DNA of 64,000 nt from assembly GCA_963731795.1 (NCBI GenBank), contig CAVSWU010000003.1, positions 1,222,216 through 1,286,215 of the forward strand, in the 5' to 3' direction. The notes below the pieces were generated by a model. The model was not told where the DNA came from. It did not search any database and saw only the letters and a program-made list of their open reading frames with translations. Of the stretch, positions 50,555 to 60,426 are shown piece after piece. How positions within the stretch are numbered: the stretch's first letter is position 1; each line of letters starts with the position of its first letter. The position numbers and the translations under genes were made by a program. Origin of the DNA: an uncultured delta proteobacterium. GTDB taxonomy: Bacteria; Myxococcota; Myxococcia; Myxococcales; Myxococcaceae.

Positions 50555-51493
50555 ATGAGCGCTCCCCTCCAGCTGGATGACTGGGGTGGCACCGGACCGG
50601 TGCTGCACCTCGCCCACGCCAACGGCTTCCCTCCGGGCAGCTACCGCAAGCTCATCGAGCTCCTCAAGCCGCGCTACCACGTCTTCACCCTTCGGAGCCG
50701 CTCTCTGGTACCGGGGACGAATCCGCTGACGATGCGGACCTGGGATGAGATGGCCGACGACCTGGCCCATGCCCTCCGGGCCCAGGGGCTGGAGGGCGTG
50801 GTCGGCGTGGGGCACAGCATGGGCGGAGTGGCCACCCTGCTCGCCTCCGCGAACCACCCGGGACTCTTCCGGACCGTGGTGGCGCTGGATCCGGTGCTGA
50901 TCACGGGCACGCGCCTCCTCATGCTTCAGGCGCTCACCCTGCTCAGGATGCGGAGCCGGATTCCTCCCGCGAGCCTCGCCCGGCGCCGCCGCGAGTCCTG
51001 GGGCTCTCGCGAGGAGGCCGCCGCGAGCTATCGCAAGAAGGCCCTCTTCCAGCGGTTCGACCCCGAGTGCTTCCAGGACTACATCACCCACGGGCTCACC
51101 GAGGTATCCGGCGAGGGCTTCCGTCTCACCATCCCCACGGCCTGGGAGGCCCGCATCTTCGAGACGTCACCGCGCGCCACCTGGAGCAGGCTGCGCTCGG
51201 TGGAGGAGCCGACGCTCGTGATTCGCGGGGGCGACTCGGACACGCTCACCCCGGCGGCCCTGGAGCGCGTGCGCCGCACCCTGCCCGGGGTCCGCACCGA
51301 GGAGCTCCCTGGCACCACCCACCTCTTCCCGCTGGAACAGCCGGAAGCGTGCGCGCGGCGCATCCTGGCGTTCCTCGACACGGTGGACGAGGAGCAGCCC
51401 CAGGGAGTTCAGTCGAGTGAGCGCTGGAGCCCTCACCGCGCCGACGGGCGCAGCTCACTTCGGCCAGAGCGTCACGGCCCGAGCGGTCTCTGA
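50555..51493 (+). CDS. alpha/beta-fold hydrolase
   Basis: Nucleophile elbow GVGHSMGG, HG oxyanion motif and a C-terminal His region. Confidence 0.7.
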   Translation: MSAPLQLDDWGGTGPVLHLAHANGFPPGSYRKLIELLKPRYHVFTLRSRSLVPGTNPLTMRTWDEMADDLAHALRAQGLEGVVGVGHSMGGVATLLASANHPGLFRTVVALDPVLITGTRLLMLQALTLLRMRSRIPPASLARRRRESWGSREEAAASYRKKALFQRFDPECFQDYITHGLTEVSGEGFRLTIPTAWEARIFETSPRATWSRLRSVEEPTLVIRGGDSDTLTPAALERVRRTLPGVRTEELPGTTHLFPLEQPEACARRILAFLDTVDEEQPQGVQSSERWSPHRADGRSSLRPERHGPSGL

Positions 51494-52547
51494 GCTCCAG
51501 ACGAGCTTCCGGCCTCGGTACACCCGCGGATGCGCGCCGGAGTCGGCCAACGAGACGAGCAGGTACGGTCCGCGCGTCCGCAGGCTGATCATGTCGTTCG
51601 GCCGGTAGGGGTACGAAGGGAGGGCCACCACCTTCCCGTTCTCCACGCGGCGGATGAGTCCGGTCGCCAGCGTGTCGTTGCCGAAGGGCGTGCCCCAGAC
51701 GGCCAGCGTGTAGGCCCCGCTCTTGAGCTCAGCCCACTGTCCCTCGGGCTGCTCGGGCGAGAGCTCGTACAGTGAGTCCAGGAGGGCGTCGTCCTCGAGC
51801 TCGCGGGCCTCGATGCGCGGATCGAGCGCGCGGATCGAGCGCTCGCCCAGCTCCTTACGCAGCTCCAGGGCGGCCGTGCCCAGCCCGTCAGTGGAGTCCT
51901 TCGACTCCATCCGGAGCCACTTTCCGCCCAGGAAGGCGAAGCCATGGGCCTTCAGCCGCGCGCCGCCTCCTCCACCGATCGTGGACTGGCGTCCTGCCCC
52001 ATCCAACTCCACCGCATGAGCGCCCTCCTGGGCCGGAGCGGCTCCCTCGAGCGAGAGCCCCACCAGCCTGCCCCCAGGATCGAAGCCGTACTCGATGAGC
52101 TCGCCTTCCGGGGGCAGCGGCAGCTCCTCGACGCCGCCCGTGACGAGATCCACGAGGAACAGCCGATCCCGGAACGCGTGCGAGGGAAACGGCTCGGGGA
52201 AGGTGGGCTTGCCCACGATGGGCATGCTGACCGCGCCGCGCCAGAACCGCACCGCACCGCGCTTGCCGTCTCGACTCAACGCCGTGCTGCCCCCTTGGCA
52301 GTCCACCGCGAGGCGCGCGAGCACCCGCCGCTTCGACGTGAGGGGATCCCACTTCACCCACTCGCACTGCTTCCCAGCGGGCTCGAGCAATGAGACCGTG
52401 CTCTCGGTCGTGGGGAAGTCCGGAGCCACCGGCGGTGCTGCTGGCTCGGTTCGGGCGGGGTGTTCTTCCTCGGGGCCCGCCGCGCGTCCCGGGACAATGG
52501 GGGCAAGCAGGAGCGCGGCGAGCAGGACCAGGCGAAGTGTCTTCAAG
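51455..52547 (-). CDS. secreted hypothetical protein
   Basis: TTG start at 52547 followed by a signal peptide KTLRLVLLAALLLAPIVPGRAAG. The rest of the ORF track extension is antisense to 52640-52972. Confidence 0.4.
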
Positions 52548-52639
52548 GTGCGGCCATTGTTCCACAAGCCCTCGCGCCTGCGGGAGTGGACGCGGGCGCC
52601 AAGACACGCCACTCTCCAGGGCTGGAGGCTGTATCGCCG

Positions 52640-52972
52640 ATGCCGGATTCCCCCCCCCAAGAGAGTCGCTTCTACACCGAGGTTCTCAAGCTGCTGTTGC
52701 AGGTCATCACGAGCGACGCGGAGCTCGCTCCCGAGGAGCTCCAGGAGTTCTCCGAGGTGGCCAGGAAGTGGCCGGTGCCTTCCTCGGAGGTGGCGACGCT
52801 CCTCGGGTACCTGCGGGAAGGCAAGCCGCTGCCGGCTCCCGACATGGGCCTGCTGCGCTCCCGTCCGAAGGACGTCATCGAGGCGGCGCGGATCATCGCC
52901 GCCAGCGATCAGCACATCGACAGCGGCGAGGTCGGCATGCTCATGCAGATCCGCGAGATGCTGGGCATCTGA
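52640..52972 (+). CDS. small TerB-like/DjlA-N-like hypothetical protein
   Basis: 110-aa helical protein with acidic repeats. Weak call. Confidence 0.35.
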   Translation: MPDSPPQESRFYTEVLKLLLQVITSDAELAPEELQEFSEVARKWPVPSSEVATLLGYLREGKPLPAPDMGLLRSRPKDVIEAARIIAASDQHIDSGEVGMLMQIREMLGI

Positions 52973-53044
52973 GCGCTCCCAAGAGGAGGGGCGCTCCATG
53001 ATCGATTCCTCCTCTTCGATGGTCTAGCCTGCCCGGAACACCTC

Positions 53045-53677
53045 ATGGCCTCTGCCCAGATCGTCCCGAAAGTCCTCGCCCGCTTGCGCCAGGCCTACCC
53101 GGATGCGCGCTACGAGCTCAACTGGTCGACGCCCTACGAGCTGCTCGTCGCCACCATCCTGGCCGCCCAGTGCACGGACGAGCGCGTCAACCGGGTGACC
53201 GCCACCCTCTTCCAGAAGTATCAGGGCCCTCAGGCCTTCGCGCAGGCGAACACCGCCGAGCTCGAGGAGGATCTCAAACCCACGGGCTTCTACAAACAGA
53301 AGGCGAAGTCGGTGCAGAGCATGAGCCGGGAGCTGCTCGCGAAGTTCGGCGGCGAGGTGCCCCGCACGATCGATGAGCTCATCACGCTGCCCGGCGTGGC
53401 GAGGAAGACGGCGAACGTGGTCCTCAACACCGCCTTCAACCTCCCCTCGGGCATCATCGTCGACACCCACGTGGCGCGGGTCAGCAAGCGCCTGGGGCTC
53501 ACGAAGAAAGAGAAGCCCGAGGAGATCGAGCGGGATCTGATGAAGCTCGTGCCCCAGGACCAGTGGACCTTCTTCGGCCCCGCGCTCGTTCTCCACGGCC
53601 GGTACACCTGCACGGCGCGCAAGCCGAAGTGTGAGGCCTGCCCCTTGAACGATATCTGCCCGAAGATCGGGGTGTAG
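53045..53677 (+). CDS. nth: endonuclease III
   Basis: HhH-GPD (LPGVARKTANVVL) and a [4Fe-4S] cluster loop C-x6-C-x2-C-x5-C at the C-terminus. Confidence 0.85.
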   Translation: MASAQIVPKVLARLRQAYPDARYELNWSTPYELLVATILAAQCTDERVNRVTATLFQKYQGPQAFAQANTAELEEDLKPTGFYKQKAKSVQSMSRELLAKFGGEVPRTIDELITLPGVARKTANVVLNTAFNLPSGIIVDTHVARVSKRLGLTKKEKPEEIERDLMKLVPQDQWTFFGPALVLHGRYTCTARKPKCEACPLNDICPKIGV

Positions 53678-53680
53678 TGG

Positions 53681-54481
53681 ATGAATGGCGTGGAGGGAGG
53701 CACCCAGGCCACCTGCGCGGTCCACCCCGAGCGCGTGGCGCTGCAGACCTGCAGCCGCTGTGGCTCCTTCGCCTGCGAGCAGTGCCTCGGCGACTCACCA
53801 CCGGGAGAGACGCTCTGCGCCGCGTGCGTGGCGCGTGAGGGAACCCACCCGCTCCCGTGGGACGAGCGCCAGGAGCTGGGCATCCTCCGAGCCTGGTTCA
53901 AGTCGGTGATCCCCATCATGCTGCGGCCGCGAGTGACTTTCTCGGCGGCCTCGCGGCGTGGGGGAGACGTCGGGGGCTCGATGCTGTTCGCCGCTATCGC
54001 GAACTTCGTCGGCTACTTCACCACCTGCCTGCTGTTCGCCGTCACCATGGCGTTCATACCGCTCCCCGTGGAGCAGACCCAGGGTGCGCTCCCGTATCGC
54101 GCCATCATGGTGGGCACCTATGGCGCCTTCATCCTGCTGGCGCCGATCCTCGGGTTGGCGGCAACCGTGCTCATGGCCGCCATCGATCACCTCATCATGC
54201 GGATCATCGGCAAGCCCCGGCAGTTCGAGATCACCCTGCGAGCCGCCTCGCTCGCCCAGGCCCCGCTCGTCCTCGGGGTGATCCCCTTCTGCAGCCTCTA
54301 CATCGCCCCGTTCTGGGTGCTGGTGGCGAAGGTCTTCGCCTATAAGGGGATGCACCGCACGAGCACCGGGGTGGCCGCGGCGGGCGCGCTCCTGGCTCCC
54401 GTGCTGGCCACCGTGCTGTTCTGCGGCGCCTACGCGATCCTGATCGCCGCCGTGATGGCGATGAACCCCGTCACGAAGTAG
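53681..54481 (+). CDS. Yip1-like multi-pass membrane protein with N-terminal zinc ribbon
   Basis: CxxC...CxxC N-terminus followed by five hydrophobic helices. Confidence 0.5.
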   Translation: MNGVEGGTQATCAVHPERVALQTCSRCGSFACEQCLGDSPPGETLCAACVAREGTHPLPWDERQELGILRAWFKSVIPIMLRPRVTFSAASRRGGDVGGSMLFAAIANFVGYFTTCLLFAVTMAFIPLPVEQTQGALPYRAIMVGTYGAFILLAPILGLAATVLMAAIDHLIMRIIGKPRQFEITLRAASLAQAPLVLGVIPFCSLYIAPFWVLVAKVFAYKGMHRTSTGVAAAGALLAPVLATVLFCGAYAILIAAVMAMNPVTK

Positions 54482-54499
54482 GGCCTGCGCGGTCTCGCC

Positions 54500-55327
54500 T
54501 CAGTCCCGCGAGGCCGCCAGCCGCTTGTCCTCTCGCGTGAGCTCGCCCAGCTCGTGCGTGAGCTCCTCCAGCTCGCGCCCGCCCGCCATGCGCTGGATGA
54601 GCTCCTCGCGCGAGATCTGGTCCTTCGAGAAGGTCCCCTGGCTCCGCCCTCGGTTGAGGATCGTGAAGCGATCGCCGATGAGCCACGCGTGGTGCGGGTT
54701 GTGCGTGACGAGGATCACCCCACAACCCCGGGAGCGGGCCTGGGCCACGTAGCGCAGCACGATGCCGGCCTGCTTCACACCAAGCGCCGAGGTCGGCTCG
54801 TCGAGGATGAGCACCCGGGCGCCGAAGTAGACGGCTCGCGCGATGGCGATGGACTGGCGCTCCCCACCCGAGAGCGTCCCCACGGGCTCCGACGTGTCTC
54901 GCACGTGGATGCCCATCTTCTCCAGCTCGGCACGCACGATGGCGTCCGCCGCCCGGAGATCGAAGCGCCGGAAGGGACCGAAGCCCTTCATCGGCTCGGC
55001 GCCCATGAAGAAGTTGCGCACGATGGAGAGCATCGGAACCATCGCGAGATCCTGGTAGACGGTCGCGATGCCATGGCTCCGCGCGTCTCGCGGGGATCGC
55101 AGGCGCACCTCCCGGCCGGAGATGATCATCCGCCCTCGATCCGGCAGGTGCACACCGGAGAGCGTCTTGATCAGCGTGGACTTGCCGGCGCCGTTGTCGC
55201 CGAGCACGCACATGACCTCGCCCGCGCGCACGCTCATCGAGATGTCCTCGATGGCCGACACCCTGCCGAAGGATCGGGTCAGCCCCTCCACCTCGAGCAG
55301 CGGCGGCCCCGCGCCCTCCCCGCTCAT
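54500..55327 (-). CDS. sugar ABC transporter ATP-binding protein
   Basis: Walker [17 protein letters not shown] signature and Walker [10 protein letters not shown]. The ATG overlaps the permease stop. Confidence 0.8.
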   Translation of the reverse strand: MSGEGAGPPLLEVEGLTRSFGRVSAIEDISMSVRAGEVMCVLGDNGAGKSTLIKTLSGVHLPDRGRMIISGREVRLRSPRDARSHGIATVYQDLAMVPMLSIVRNFFMGAEPMKGFGPFRRFDLRAADAIVRAELEKMGIHVRDTSEPVGTLSGGERQSIAIARAVYFGARVLILDEPTSALGVKQAGIVLRYVAQARSRGCGVILVTHNPHHAWLIGDRFTILNRGRSQGTFSKDQISREELIQRMAGGRELEELTHELGELTREDKRLAASRD

Positions 55328-56307
55328 CGCCGGGCCTCCACCATCCTGCCGCGGACGTAGGTGTTGACGAGCACCGCGACGATCAACATCACCCCGAGGA
55401 ACACCTTGTACCAATCGGAGTCCACGCCCGCGAACACGATGCCCTGCTGCACCATGCCGAAGAGCAGCGCCCCGAACGCCGCGCCGATGATCGACCCGTG
55501 GCCGCCCGTGAGCAGCGTGCCGCCGAGCACCGCGGCCAGGATCGCCTCCAGTTCCTTGCCCGTGCCGCGCAGCACGTCCGCGCCCGTGAACTTGACGACC
55601 TGGAACGTCGCGATGAGGCACGCGCAGAGCGAGGTCGTCATGAAGAGCGAGATCTTCACCCGGCGGACCGGGACGCCCAGGTTGCGCGCGGCATCGGGAG
55701 CACCTCCCGCGCCGAAGATCCAGTTGCCGAAGCGCGTGCGCAGCAACACCCAGGTCGCCACCGCGGTGATGCCCACCCACCAGAAGATGGAGACGGAGAA
55801 GCCCCCGATCCGGCTGGCGAAGACCGCCTGCGCCGAGCCGTAGTGGAGCGCCTCCTGCAGCCCGCCCACCTGGGTGCGGCCGGTGATCAGGCGCGTCATG
55901 CCAATGGTGCCGCCGCTCAGGATGAACAGCGAGCCGAGCGTGACGATGAACGACGGCAGCCCCGTGCGGACGACCACGAGGCCATTGGCGAAGCCCACCG
56001 CGAGCGACAGCACCATGGCCACCGCGATCCCGGCCCAGATGGACCAGCCCAGCCGCTCGCACAGCAGCGAGATCGTCATGCCGCTGGCGGCGATCATCGA
56101 GCCGACCGAGAGATCGAACTCGCCAGCGATCATGAGCAGCGAGACGGCGGCGGCCAGGATCCCAAGCTCCGAGGCGATCTCGAGGTACGTCGCGGAGCCG
56201 GCCCAGGACAGGAAGCCGGATCCGCCCGCGTAGAGCGAGAAGAAGAGCCAGATGGCGATGACGCCACAGGCTGCGCCGAACTCGGGGCGGTGGAGGATTC
56301 TGCGCAT
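55324..56307 (-). CDS. sugar ABC transporter permease (ribose/xylose type)
   Basis: 327 aa with ~9 hydrophobic helices, between the substrate-binding protein gene and the ATPase gene. Confidence 0.8.
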   Translation of the reverse strand: MRRILHRPEFGAACGVIAIWLFFSLYAGGSGFLSWAGSATYLEIASELGILAAAVSLLMIAGEFDLSVGSMIAASGMTISLLCERLGWSIWAGIAVAMVLSLAVGFANGLVVVRTGLPSFIVTLGSLFILSGGTIGMTRLITGRTQVGGLQEALHYGSAQAVFASRIGGFSVSIFWWVGITAVATWVLLRTRFGNWIFGAGGAPDAARNLGVPVRRVKISLFMTTSLCACLIATFQVVKFTGADVLRGTGKELEAILAAVLGGTLLTGGHGSIIGAAFGALLFGMVQQGIVFAGVDSDWYKVFLGVMLIVAVLVNTYVRGRMVEARR

Positions 56308-56314
56308 GTACTCG

Positions 56315-57319
56315 CTACCGGATACCCTGCTTGCTGAGCTCGATGACCTGAGCCGCGTTCTCCTTGGTCACGAACCCAGGGCCCGTGGGCAGGATGCCAC
56401 CCGCGGGCAGCACGCCATACTGCTTGTACTGAGCCAGGAGCACGATCGGCAGGTAGCCCTGCAGGTACTGCTGCTGGTCGATGGCGAACTCGAGCTCCCC
56501 GGCCTTGATGGCGGTGAGCACGTCCGGCGTCAGATCGAAGGTCCCCAGCTTCACCTTGCCCAGGTTGCCTCCCTGCTTGAGCGCCGCGAGCGCCGCCCGC
56601 GAGCCCAGGGGCCCCAGCGTCATGATGCCGTCGGCACCTTCACCCAGCGCGGCGGTGACCTTCTGCTGAGAGTCCGTGGGATCGGCCGCGTTCACCGCGA
56701 GCACCTTGCCCGTGCCGCCCGCCTTGGTGATGGCGTCCAGGAAGCCCTTGCAGCGCAGATCGAGCGAGGCGTTGCCCACCTCGTGGTTGACGCAGAGCGC
56801 GTGCTTCACGCCCGAGGCGGCCATCTTCTCGCCGCCGCCGAAGCCGGCCTCGTACTCGGTCTGCCCCACGTGCATCAGCACGCCCAGCTGCTTGTAGGCG
56901 TCGCTGCCCGAGTTGATGGAGATGACCGGGATGCCCGCCGCCACCGCGGCCTTGATCGACTGCCCGAGGGCGTTGGCGTCGGGGATGGAGACCACGAGGC
57001 CATCCGGCTTCTTGGCGACCTCGGCGTCGATCAGGCGGCTCATGGCCACCATGTCGAAGGTCTGCGGCGAGTTGTAGGTGACGGAGACCCCCAGATCCTT
57101 GGAGGCGTTCTCGACGCCGTTCTTCACCACGGACCAGAACGTGTCAGACGCCTGCCCATGCGTGACGACGGCGATCTTGATCTCCTTGTGCGCCGCGCTC
57201 GGGGCCTGGGCCATGCCCTCCTGTGCCGCCGGCTTGGGCGCCTCGCCCTTGCTGCACGCGGCGGCAAGGAGGATGGCCATCGAACCGATCAGTGCCCGCA
57301 GGCTCTGGTGAATACGCAT
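56315..57319 (-). CDS. sugar ABC transporter periplasmic substrate-binding lipoprotein
   Basis: Lipobox LAAACS and a periplasmic binding protein type I fold pattern. Confidence 0.8.
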   Translation of the reverse strand: MRIHQSLRALIGSMAILLAAACSKGEAPKPAAQEGMAQAPSAAHKEIKIAVVTHGQASDTFWSVVKNGVENASKDLGVSVTYNSPQTFDMVAMSRLIDAEVAKKPDGLVVSIPDANALGQSIKAAVAAGIPVISINSGSDAYKQLGVLMHVGQTEYEAGFGGGEKMAASGVKHALCVNHEVGNASLDLRCKGFLDAITKAGGTGKVLAVNAADPTDSQQKVTAALGEGADGIMTLGPLGSRAALAALKQGGNLGKVKLGTFDLTPDVLTAIKAGELEFAIDQQQYLQGYLPIVLLAQYKQYGVLPAGGILPTGPGFVTKENAAQVIELSKQGIR

Positions 57320-57534
57320 GTCTGTCCCTCTTCTCCTGGGCCGTGGTTCCCTTCTGGGTTCCCCTCGCCAGGCCCACCTGGTTGGTCAAGCGGTGCGCAA
57401 TCTAGCCCGGCCATGGCCCCGCCGTGGATCCCTGATTTTCGTCCCGGGCGCCCACACTCCCGGTGCTGGCGGCTCGCCCCGAGAGCACCCCTGCCGCTCG
57501 ACGCCGAAGGGGGATTTCGCGTACCTAGGGGGCG

Positions 57535-58383
57535 ATGACTCCCCTTCCCGAGCTGCTCATCGTCGGCCATGTGACCCGCGATTTCATCCGAGGCGAGATC
57601 CGCCTGGGTGGCGCCGCTTCCTTCTCCGCGCGGGTCGCGGCGGCGCTGGGCATCCAGACGGCGCTCGTCACGTCGGCGCCCGCCGACTTCTCGCTGATGG
57701 CGCCCCTGCGAGTGCTCCCGCGGCTGTCGATCCACGTCGTGCCGAGCCCGGAGGCGACGACCTTCGAGCTGGACTACAGCGGGCCGCGCCGGCGCGTCAT
57801 CCTGCGCTCGGTGGCCCAGCCCCTCCGCGCTGAGGACATTCCACCCGAGTGGCGCAACATCCCGGTGGCTTACGTGGCGCCAGTGGCGGGCGAGTGCGAC
57901 CGCGCGCTCGTCGAGGGCCTGAGCTCGCGGCTGATCTGCGCGGGGCTCCAGGGCTGGCTGCGGCGGCCGGGCCCGGGGGGCGTCGTGGAGCCGACCATCG
58001 CCAGCGAGGCCTCTCAGCCGCCGCGCGGGCTGGGCGTGGCCGTCTTCTCCGAGGAGGACCACCCCGAGGCCGAGCGCCTGGCCGAGCAGCTCGCCCGCCA
58101 GAACCTCACCGTGGCCCTGACGCGCGGCCGGCGCGGCTCCACCGTGCAGCAGGGCGCGCGGCGCTGGGACATCCCCGCGGCCCCCGCCAACGAGGTGGAT
58201 CCCACGGGGGCCGGGGACGTGTTCGGCATCTCCATCACGCTGGCGCTCGCGCGCGGGGCCTCGGCTCCGGAGGCAGCTACGGCGGCCGCGGCGATTGCCG
58301 CCCGCGTGGTCGAGGGCCCGGAGATGGGCAACCTCTCGTCGGCGGATGTCCGGCACCTGCCTCCGCCGAACCCGAGGCCCTGA
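57535..58383 (+). CDS. PfkB-family carbohydrate kinase
   Basis: C-terminal DPTGAGDVFG motif. Confidence 0.7.
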   Translation: MTPLPELLIVGHVTRDFIRGEIRLGGAASFSARVAAALGIQTALVTSAPADFSLMAPLRVLPRLSIHVVPSPEATTFELDYSGPRRRVILRSVAQPLRAEDIPPEWRNIPVAYVAPVAGECDRALVEGLSSRLICAGLQGWLRRPGPGGVVEPTIASEASQPPRGLGVAVFSEEDHPEAERLAEQLARQNLTVALTRGRRGSTVQQGARRWDIPAAPANEVDPTGAGDVFGISITLALARGASAPEAATAAAAIAARVVEGPEMGNLSSADVRHLPPPNPRP

Positions 58384-58392
58384 GCCTTCCGG

Positions 58393-59280
58393 TCAGGGCT
58401 TGTCCAGGCCGGCCCGCTGCGCCGCCAGCGCTCCGAGCGCCGCCCAGTCCTTGTCCCCCATGCCGCGCGCCACTCCTTCCAGGTAGTGGTCTCGAAGGAG
58501 GCTGGCCAGGGGCATGGGGACCCCGGTGCTCCCCGCCGCCTGCAGAGCCAGCCCTATGTCCTTGAGCCCCAGCCGCAACGCGAACCCCGCGGGCTCGTAC
58601 TTCCCGGAGGCGATCAGCATCGCGTAGCGCTCGAAGATGGGGGACTTCGCGAGGACGGACTGGAACACCTCCAGGAACGTCTGGGGCTCGATGCCCGCCT
58701 TGCGCGTCAGGGCGAACGCCTCCGAGAGCCCCTCCATCATCGAGGCGATCAGGAAGTTGCCCGACAGCTTCACCACGTTCGCCGCGGAGGGCTTCTCTCC
58801 CAGGACGGAGAGTCCCCGCCCCACGGCCTCCAGCAGCGGCCGGCAACGCTCCACGTGGGCCTTGGCGCCCGCCGCCAGCACCCAGAGCTGCTTCGCCTCC
58901 GCCGCATCGGGCCTGCCGAAGACGGGCGCGGACACGTACCCCTGCCCCGCCCGGGCGTGCGCCTCGGCGAGGCGCTCCGAGAGCGCCACCGAGATGGTGC
59001 TCGATGAGACGTGGATCGCTCCCTTCTCCAGCCCGGCGAGCAGGCCCTTCTCTCCGAAGACCACGTCCTCCACCGCGTGATCGTCCGCGAGCATGGTGAA
59101 GAGGACCTCCGCCCCTCGCGCCGCCTCCCGAGGCGTCTCCGCGACCTTCGCTCCTTGCGGTTGAAGAGACTCGGCCTTGGCCTTGGTGCGGTTGTAGACC
59201 GCCAGCTCGTGCCCGGCCTTCAGCAGGTTCTTCGCCATCGCATGGCCCATGTTCCCCAGGCCGACGAAACCGATCTTCAT
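58393..59280 (-). CDS. NAD(P)-dependent oxidoreductase, 3-hydroxyisobutyrate dehydrogenase family
   Basis: MKIGFVGLGNMGHAMAKNL Rossmann N-terminus and HIBADH-type catalytic region. Confidence 0.75.
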   Translation of the reverse strand: MKIGFVGLGNMGHAMAKNLLKAGHELAVYNRTKAKAESLQPQGAKVAETPREAARGAEVLFTMLADDHAVEDVVFGEKGLLAGLEKGAIHVSSSTISVALSERLAEAHARAGQGYVSAPVFGRPDAAEAKQLWVLAAGAKAHVERCRPLLEAVGRGLSVLGEKPSAANVVKLSGNFLIASMMEGLSEAFALTRKAGIEPQTFLEVFQSVLAKSPIFERYAMLIASGKYEPAGFALRLGLKDIGLALQAAGSTGVPMPLASLLRDHYLEGVARGMGDKDWAALGALAAQRAGLDKP

Positions 59281-59321
59281 CTGGCGCTCCCTCCGAAAAG
59301 AGAGCCTCCCTCTAGCAGCGC

Positions 59322-60375
59322 TCAGCCTTCCGTGCCGTCGGAATTCCGGGAGAGCTGGAGAAGAGTGCGAAAGAAGACCTTGGCCTCCTTTTCGAGTCCA
59401 AGCTCGGAGCCCCAGCCACGCCGCTCTTTCAGGAGCGACTCCTCGCGAGCCGGATCGCTCCCCTTCCCTTCGCGGGCCTCGGCGCGAGCCGCGCGCTGGG
59501 CGAGCTGGGTCCGTCGAGCCAGCAGCGCCATCATCTCCCGGTCGATCTCGTCGAGGTGCGCCCGGTACTGGGCCAGCTCCGTCGAGCCGGTCTCCGTGGC
59601 TGGAATCGCCATGCGCTTCGCTTCCCGCGAGCTGACCTCGGGAGGCAGGTGTTCGAGCTGCTCGTGGATCTCTCCGAGCGCCTTGAGCAACTGGCTCCGA
59701 GCCTCCGACGCGAAGGGGTTCTCCCGCTGGATGGCGGCGAAGAGGTGCCCGGCGTCGGAGCGGACGGTCTCGATCGTGCGCGCCAGGGCCTTGAAGCTGG
59801 CGGGGGCGAACGGCACATCGAGCCCCGTGCCCGCGTCGATCATCCCCTTGGCCACGAAGAACGTGAGCGCATGGGTGTGGGCCATCACGCGATCATGGCT
59901 CTCGGGTGTCTGCTCGACGATCTCGCAGCCGAGGCGCTCATAGAAGAGGCGCGCCCGCCCCGCCGCGTCCGGATGCATCGGGTTGGGGCAGATGACGACG
60001 CGCAGCGGCCGCTCGGCCATGGCCAGGCTGAGCGGCCCGAAGAGAGGATGCGTGCCCACCCACGGAATCTGGGAGCCGAGCACCTCGGCGAGCGCCTCGA
60101 CGGGCTTCACCTTCACGCTGCCCACATCCATCACGAGCTGCGAGGGCCGCAGGTGCGGGCGCAGATCCTGGAGCACGGAGCGCATCTGCGGCACGGGGAC
60201 CGCCACCACCACGAACTCGGCTCCGGTAACCAGCTCCGGCAGCGAGGTGGCTCGATGGGATTCCGGAACCCCGCCCTGGGGATCCAGTGCCCGGAAGCCC
60301 ACGCCTGCCTCCCCCAGCAACGAGCCGAGTGCCCGACCGAACCGCCCGTAGCCCACCAGAGCAACCTGCGTCATG
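59322..60375 (-). CDS. tyrA: prephenate dehydrogenase with C-terminal chorismate-mutase-like domain
   Basis: VALVGYGRFG NAD-binding site and a TyrA core. The C-terminal LAQYRAHLDEIDREMMALLARR resembles CM type II. Confidence 0.6.
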
Positions 60376-60426
60376 CGAGAACCTTCTCCACGAGGGCCAG
60401 TCAACGGTACCGGGAGGATCGCTCCT

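Noticed and set aside
51455-52999. Full 514-aa ORF on the minus strand
   Set aside because: The N-terminal 150 aa are antisense to the better-supported small + strand gene 52640-52972 and have no signal or motifs. The call was trimmed to the TTG/signal-peptide start at 52547.
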